The position numbers were made by a program, and so were the translations under genes. DNA of 27,058 nucleotides from contig JBFMGU010000145.1 of NCBI GenBank assembly GCA_040752415.1, positions 1 to 27,058 of the forward strand, in the 5' to 3' direction. Source of the stretch: Myxococcota bacterium (GTDB taxonomy: Bacteria > Myxococcota > JACRCW01). Of this stretch, positions 24,819 to 27,058 are shown piece by piece (positions within the stretch are counted from its first letter, which is position 1; each line of letters opens with the position of its first letter). The notes beneath the pieces were generated by a model. It searched no databases. It was not told where the DNA came from and worked only from the letters and a program-made list of their open reading frames with translations.

Positions 24819-26170
24819 GCCAGCGGCAACACGCCCAGCGCCGCCATGGTCGCCGGGGCACGGGCCAGCACGCACAGCGGCAGCAGGATCAGCGCGTACC
24901 AGGGATGCACCGTGGGTGAGACGGCCATCAGCGCCCCCAACGCACACAACGCGTACCGCTCCCGAACGCGCGCGTACGAGCGCAACGCCAGCCCCAGCGC
25001 GAGCAGCAACAGGCCCGCACAGATCATCCGCGCCACCAGGCGCCCGTCGACGACGACACGAGTACCCTTCAGGGCAGCCCGCGCATCCCCCACCGCCAGC
25101 CGCACCTGCCCCGCCTCCTCCACCACGACGTCCATCCCCGAGCGCCACAGATGCACCCAGCGTCCCTGGTCGGCGCGCGCCTGGAACGGCGGTGACACCG
25201 CGCGCTCGACGACACGGTAGAGCCCGGCGTTGAACTCCCAGCGCGTGGCGTATTGGCCCAATCCGCCCAGCAAGGCACCACCGGCGCGGGCGTAGGGAAG
25301 CGCGCAGAGCAACATCGCCGCCGCGCACGTTGCCAACGCACTCCACCGCCGGGCGGCAATCCACCACGGGGAGAGCAGGATGGCCCATGGCTTCACCACG
25401 GTGGACAGCCCCACCAGCGCCCCGTGCCCGCGCCCGTTCCCGACGAGAAACGCCCCAGCCAGCAGCAAGCCCGCGAGCGCGTCGAGGTGCGGGCCCAGGG
25501 CGGACTCCAGCAGCGCCACCGGGTGCAACGCCAACCCCACGACGAGCGCGTGCGCTCCCGCGCCCTTCCCACGCGCCCAGCGGAGCAGGAGCAGCGCACA
25601 AAGCGCGAGGTGACACAGCGCCAGCAGGAGCTGGAAGGCGTGCGCGCCAAGGCCGGTGACGTCGGCCAGGGATGCGCCAAGCCACAGGAAGAGCTGCGCC
25701 CCGGGCGGATACGCGGCGGTGACGTCGGGATGCGCCACGCGGGCACGGGAGCCGGTGGGCTCGTCGGGAATCACTGGGGAGGCGGGCGGCAGGACGTAGG
25801 GGGTCTCCGGCCCCAGGCGCTGGGCGCGGCCCTCCCAGAGGTAACGGTGGACGTCGTCGGAGAGGGAGGGCGTGCCCAGCGTGAGGATCCCCGCCGCCAG
25901 CGTGGCCACGCCGAGAGCCCGCCACGCAATCCGGGCGTGGTCGTCACCGCGACGCCACGTGTCCCAGACGCCTCCGACCGCGCCCACGCCGGCCAGCGCC
26001 CACGCCGCCAACGGCAACGCCCGCGCACCGCGGAGATCTCCCGCCCAGATCACGGCCAAGGCGCCGGCCAGGCTCGCCAACGGCCACAGCCAACCGACGA
26101 GAAACCCGCCCACGCCCCCACCGGGCGTGCGGGCCGCGGTACGGATTCCAGCGTAAATGGCCGATTTCAC
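24635..26170 (-). CDS. GT87/DUF2029-like multi-pass GT-C glycosyltransferase
   Basis: LSDDVHRYLWEG, PETPY..PP, AYPPGAQ, LHP..LLE....HLD, WEFN, SPTVHPWY and many TMs. Start uncertain (26170, or GTG 26113). Confidence 0.8.
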   Translation of the reverse strand: MKSAIYAGIRTAARTPGGGVGGFLVGWLWPLASLAGALAVIWAGDLRGARALPLAAWALAGVGAVGGVWDTWRRGDDHARIAWRALGVATLAAGILTLGTPSLSDDVHRYLWEGRAQRLGPETPYVLPPASPVIPDEPTGSRARVAHPDVTAAYPPGAQLFLWLGASLADVTGLGAHAFQLLLALCHLALCALLLLRWARGKGAGAHALVVGLALHPVALLESALGPHLDALAGLLLAGAFLVGNGRGHGALVGLSTVVKPWAILLSPWWIAARRWSALATCAAAMLLCALPYARAGGALLGGLGQYATRWEFNAGLYRVVERAVSPPFQARADQGRWVHLWRSGMDVVVEEAGQVRLAVGDARAALKGTRVVVDGRLVARMICAGLLLLALGLALRSYARVRERYALCALGALMAVSPTVHPWYALILLPLCVLARAPATMAALGVLPLAYAVWRTDGAQVSWEESSWTAPVIWTVLLAGFLTDVKTWRSDALPTQSSPALNTASMGKVA

Positions 26171-26287
26171 AGCGACTTCCCGCCGGGGAATTCATTTGAC
26201 TGCATTCCGGCGCTCCCCTAGCATCCAGCCGCCTTTTCCTCGCGGCGTGCGACCTGCGCCGCCCTTCCTCCGGGACCCACCGCCGTC

Positions 26288-27058
26288 ATGAGATTGCCCT
26301 TCCATCTGCTGCTCGGGGTGGCGCTGCTTGTGCCCGCTGCCGCGCACGCCACCTCACTCCGGGGCAAGATCACCGTCAAGCCCCAACCCGCCAAAGCCGG
26401 CGAACAGAAGCCGGACTGGCGCGTCCGCACCGGCCTGGACACGCCGCCGCCTTCCCCGCCCGTCACGCCCACGGTGGTGGTGGCCATTGACGGCGTGCGT
26501 ACCGCCGCGGTGGTTCCGCCCACGGAGCCCGTGGAGATGCGCAGCGTGGGCTTCCGTCTGCAGCCCTCCGTGGCGCCGCTGGTGGCGGGCCAGGGCGTGG
26601 TGATCGTGAACGCCGACGGCTTCCCGGTCACGCCGGTGGTGGGCGGCACGGCCAAGCCCAGGCTGGCCCCCGACGCCAAGTACCAGGACTCCTTCTCCAA
26701 GCCCGGCAGCATGGCCGTGACGGCAAAGGAGTGGGACAGCGTCAAGGGCACCATCCTGGTCCTGCCCAACCGCTACTTCGCCGTGGTGCAGCCCGACGGG
26801 AGCTTCGTCATCGACGACGTGCCGCCCGGCAGCTACACCGTGAAGATCTTCGTGGAGAATGACTGGGCGTTCGAGAAGAAGGACGTCGAGGTCCCGGAGC
26901 GTGGCGGGGTGTGGCTGGAAGGCCAGGTCAAGGAAGACGCCAGCGTGGAGGCGGAGATCAAGGAGGCGGACCTCAAGCCCATCCGTCCGGACTCCCCCGC
27001 GGCCGGCGGTGGTGGTGCGCCGCCTCCGCCTCCCCCGCCGCCTCCCCCGCCGCCGCCG
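26288..27058 (+). CDS. Secreted cupredoxin-like + carboxypeptidase-regulatory-like protein with poly-Pro linker (partial; runs off right edge)
   Basis: Not in ORF track. Hand translation: MRLPFHLLLGVALLVPAAAHA|TSLRGKITV...FRLQPSVAPLVAGQGVVIVNAD...FSKPGSMAVTAKEWDSVKGTILVLPNRYFAVVQPDGSFVIDDVPPGSYTVKIF...GGGGA then 13 Pro. Frame is open to the end of the window. Confidence 0.8.
   Translation, partial: MRLPFHLLLGVALLVPAAAHATSLRGKITVKPQPAKAGEQKPDWRVRTGLDTPPPSPPVTPTVVVAIDGVRTAAVVPPTEPVEMRSVGFRLQPSVAPLVAGQGVVIVNADGFPVTPVVGGTAKPRLAPDAKYQDSFSKPGSMAVTAKEWDSVKGTILVLPNRYFAVVQPDGSFVIDDVPPGSYTVKIFVENDWAFEKKDVEVPERGGVWLEGQVKEDASVEAEIKEADLKPIRPDSPAAGGGGAPPPPPPPPPPPPP

Noticed and set aside
26218..26769. 183-aa minus-strand ORF
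   Set aside because: Antisense to the signal-peptide-bearing plus-strand gene starting at 26288.

Overview
GC-rich (about 70% by eye) bacterial chromosomal DNA. Gene content and style suggest Myxococcota or a related delta-proteobacterial lineage (inference). About 23 CDS, with no tRNA, rRNA, CRISPR array, transposase or phage gene seen. In order: a truncated MASE1+CHASE sensor divergent from a receiver-histidine kinase hybrid; a TMTC-like GT-C/TPR glycosyltransferase; pyrH-frr out of their usual context; an EamA transporter; a secreted beta-propeller protein; a double-FHA protein; an orphan WcaJ-type priming transferase; a 54-aa protein coupled to a divergent TsaC/YrdC; a GT39-like transferase with a coupled partner; dksA, a pilT paralog, recX and rel; a Tat-lipoprotein DUF362 gene with a WD40 lipoprotein gene; a delta-9-type desaturase; a CslA-like GT2 overlapping a GT87-like GT-C tail-to-tail; and a truncated secreted cupredoxin-like/poly-Pro protein. 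The ORF track omits the two edge genes. The most notable signals are two related intergenic inverted-repeat elements built from GAAGTCA heptamers, a Pho-box-format direct repeat between the desaturase and GT2, the dksA-pilT-recX-rel linkage with a long hairpin before rel, the altered TsaC active-site motifs, and a concentration of envelope glycosylation genes. All family calls come from motif recognition by eye; no searches were run.
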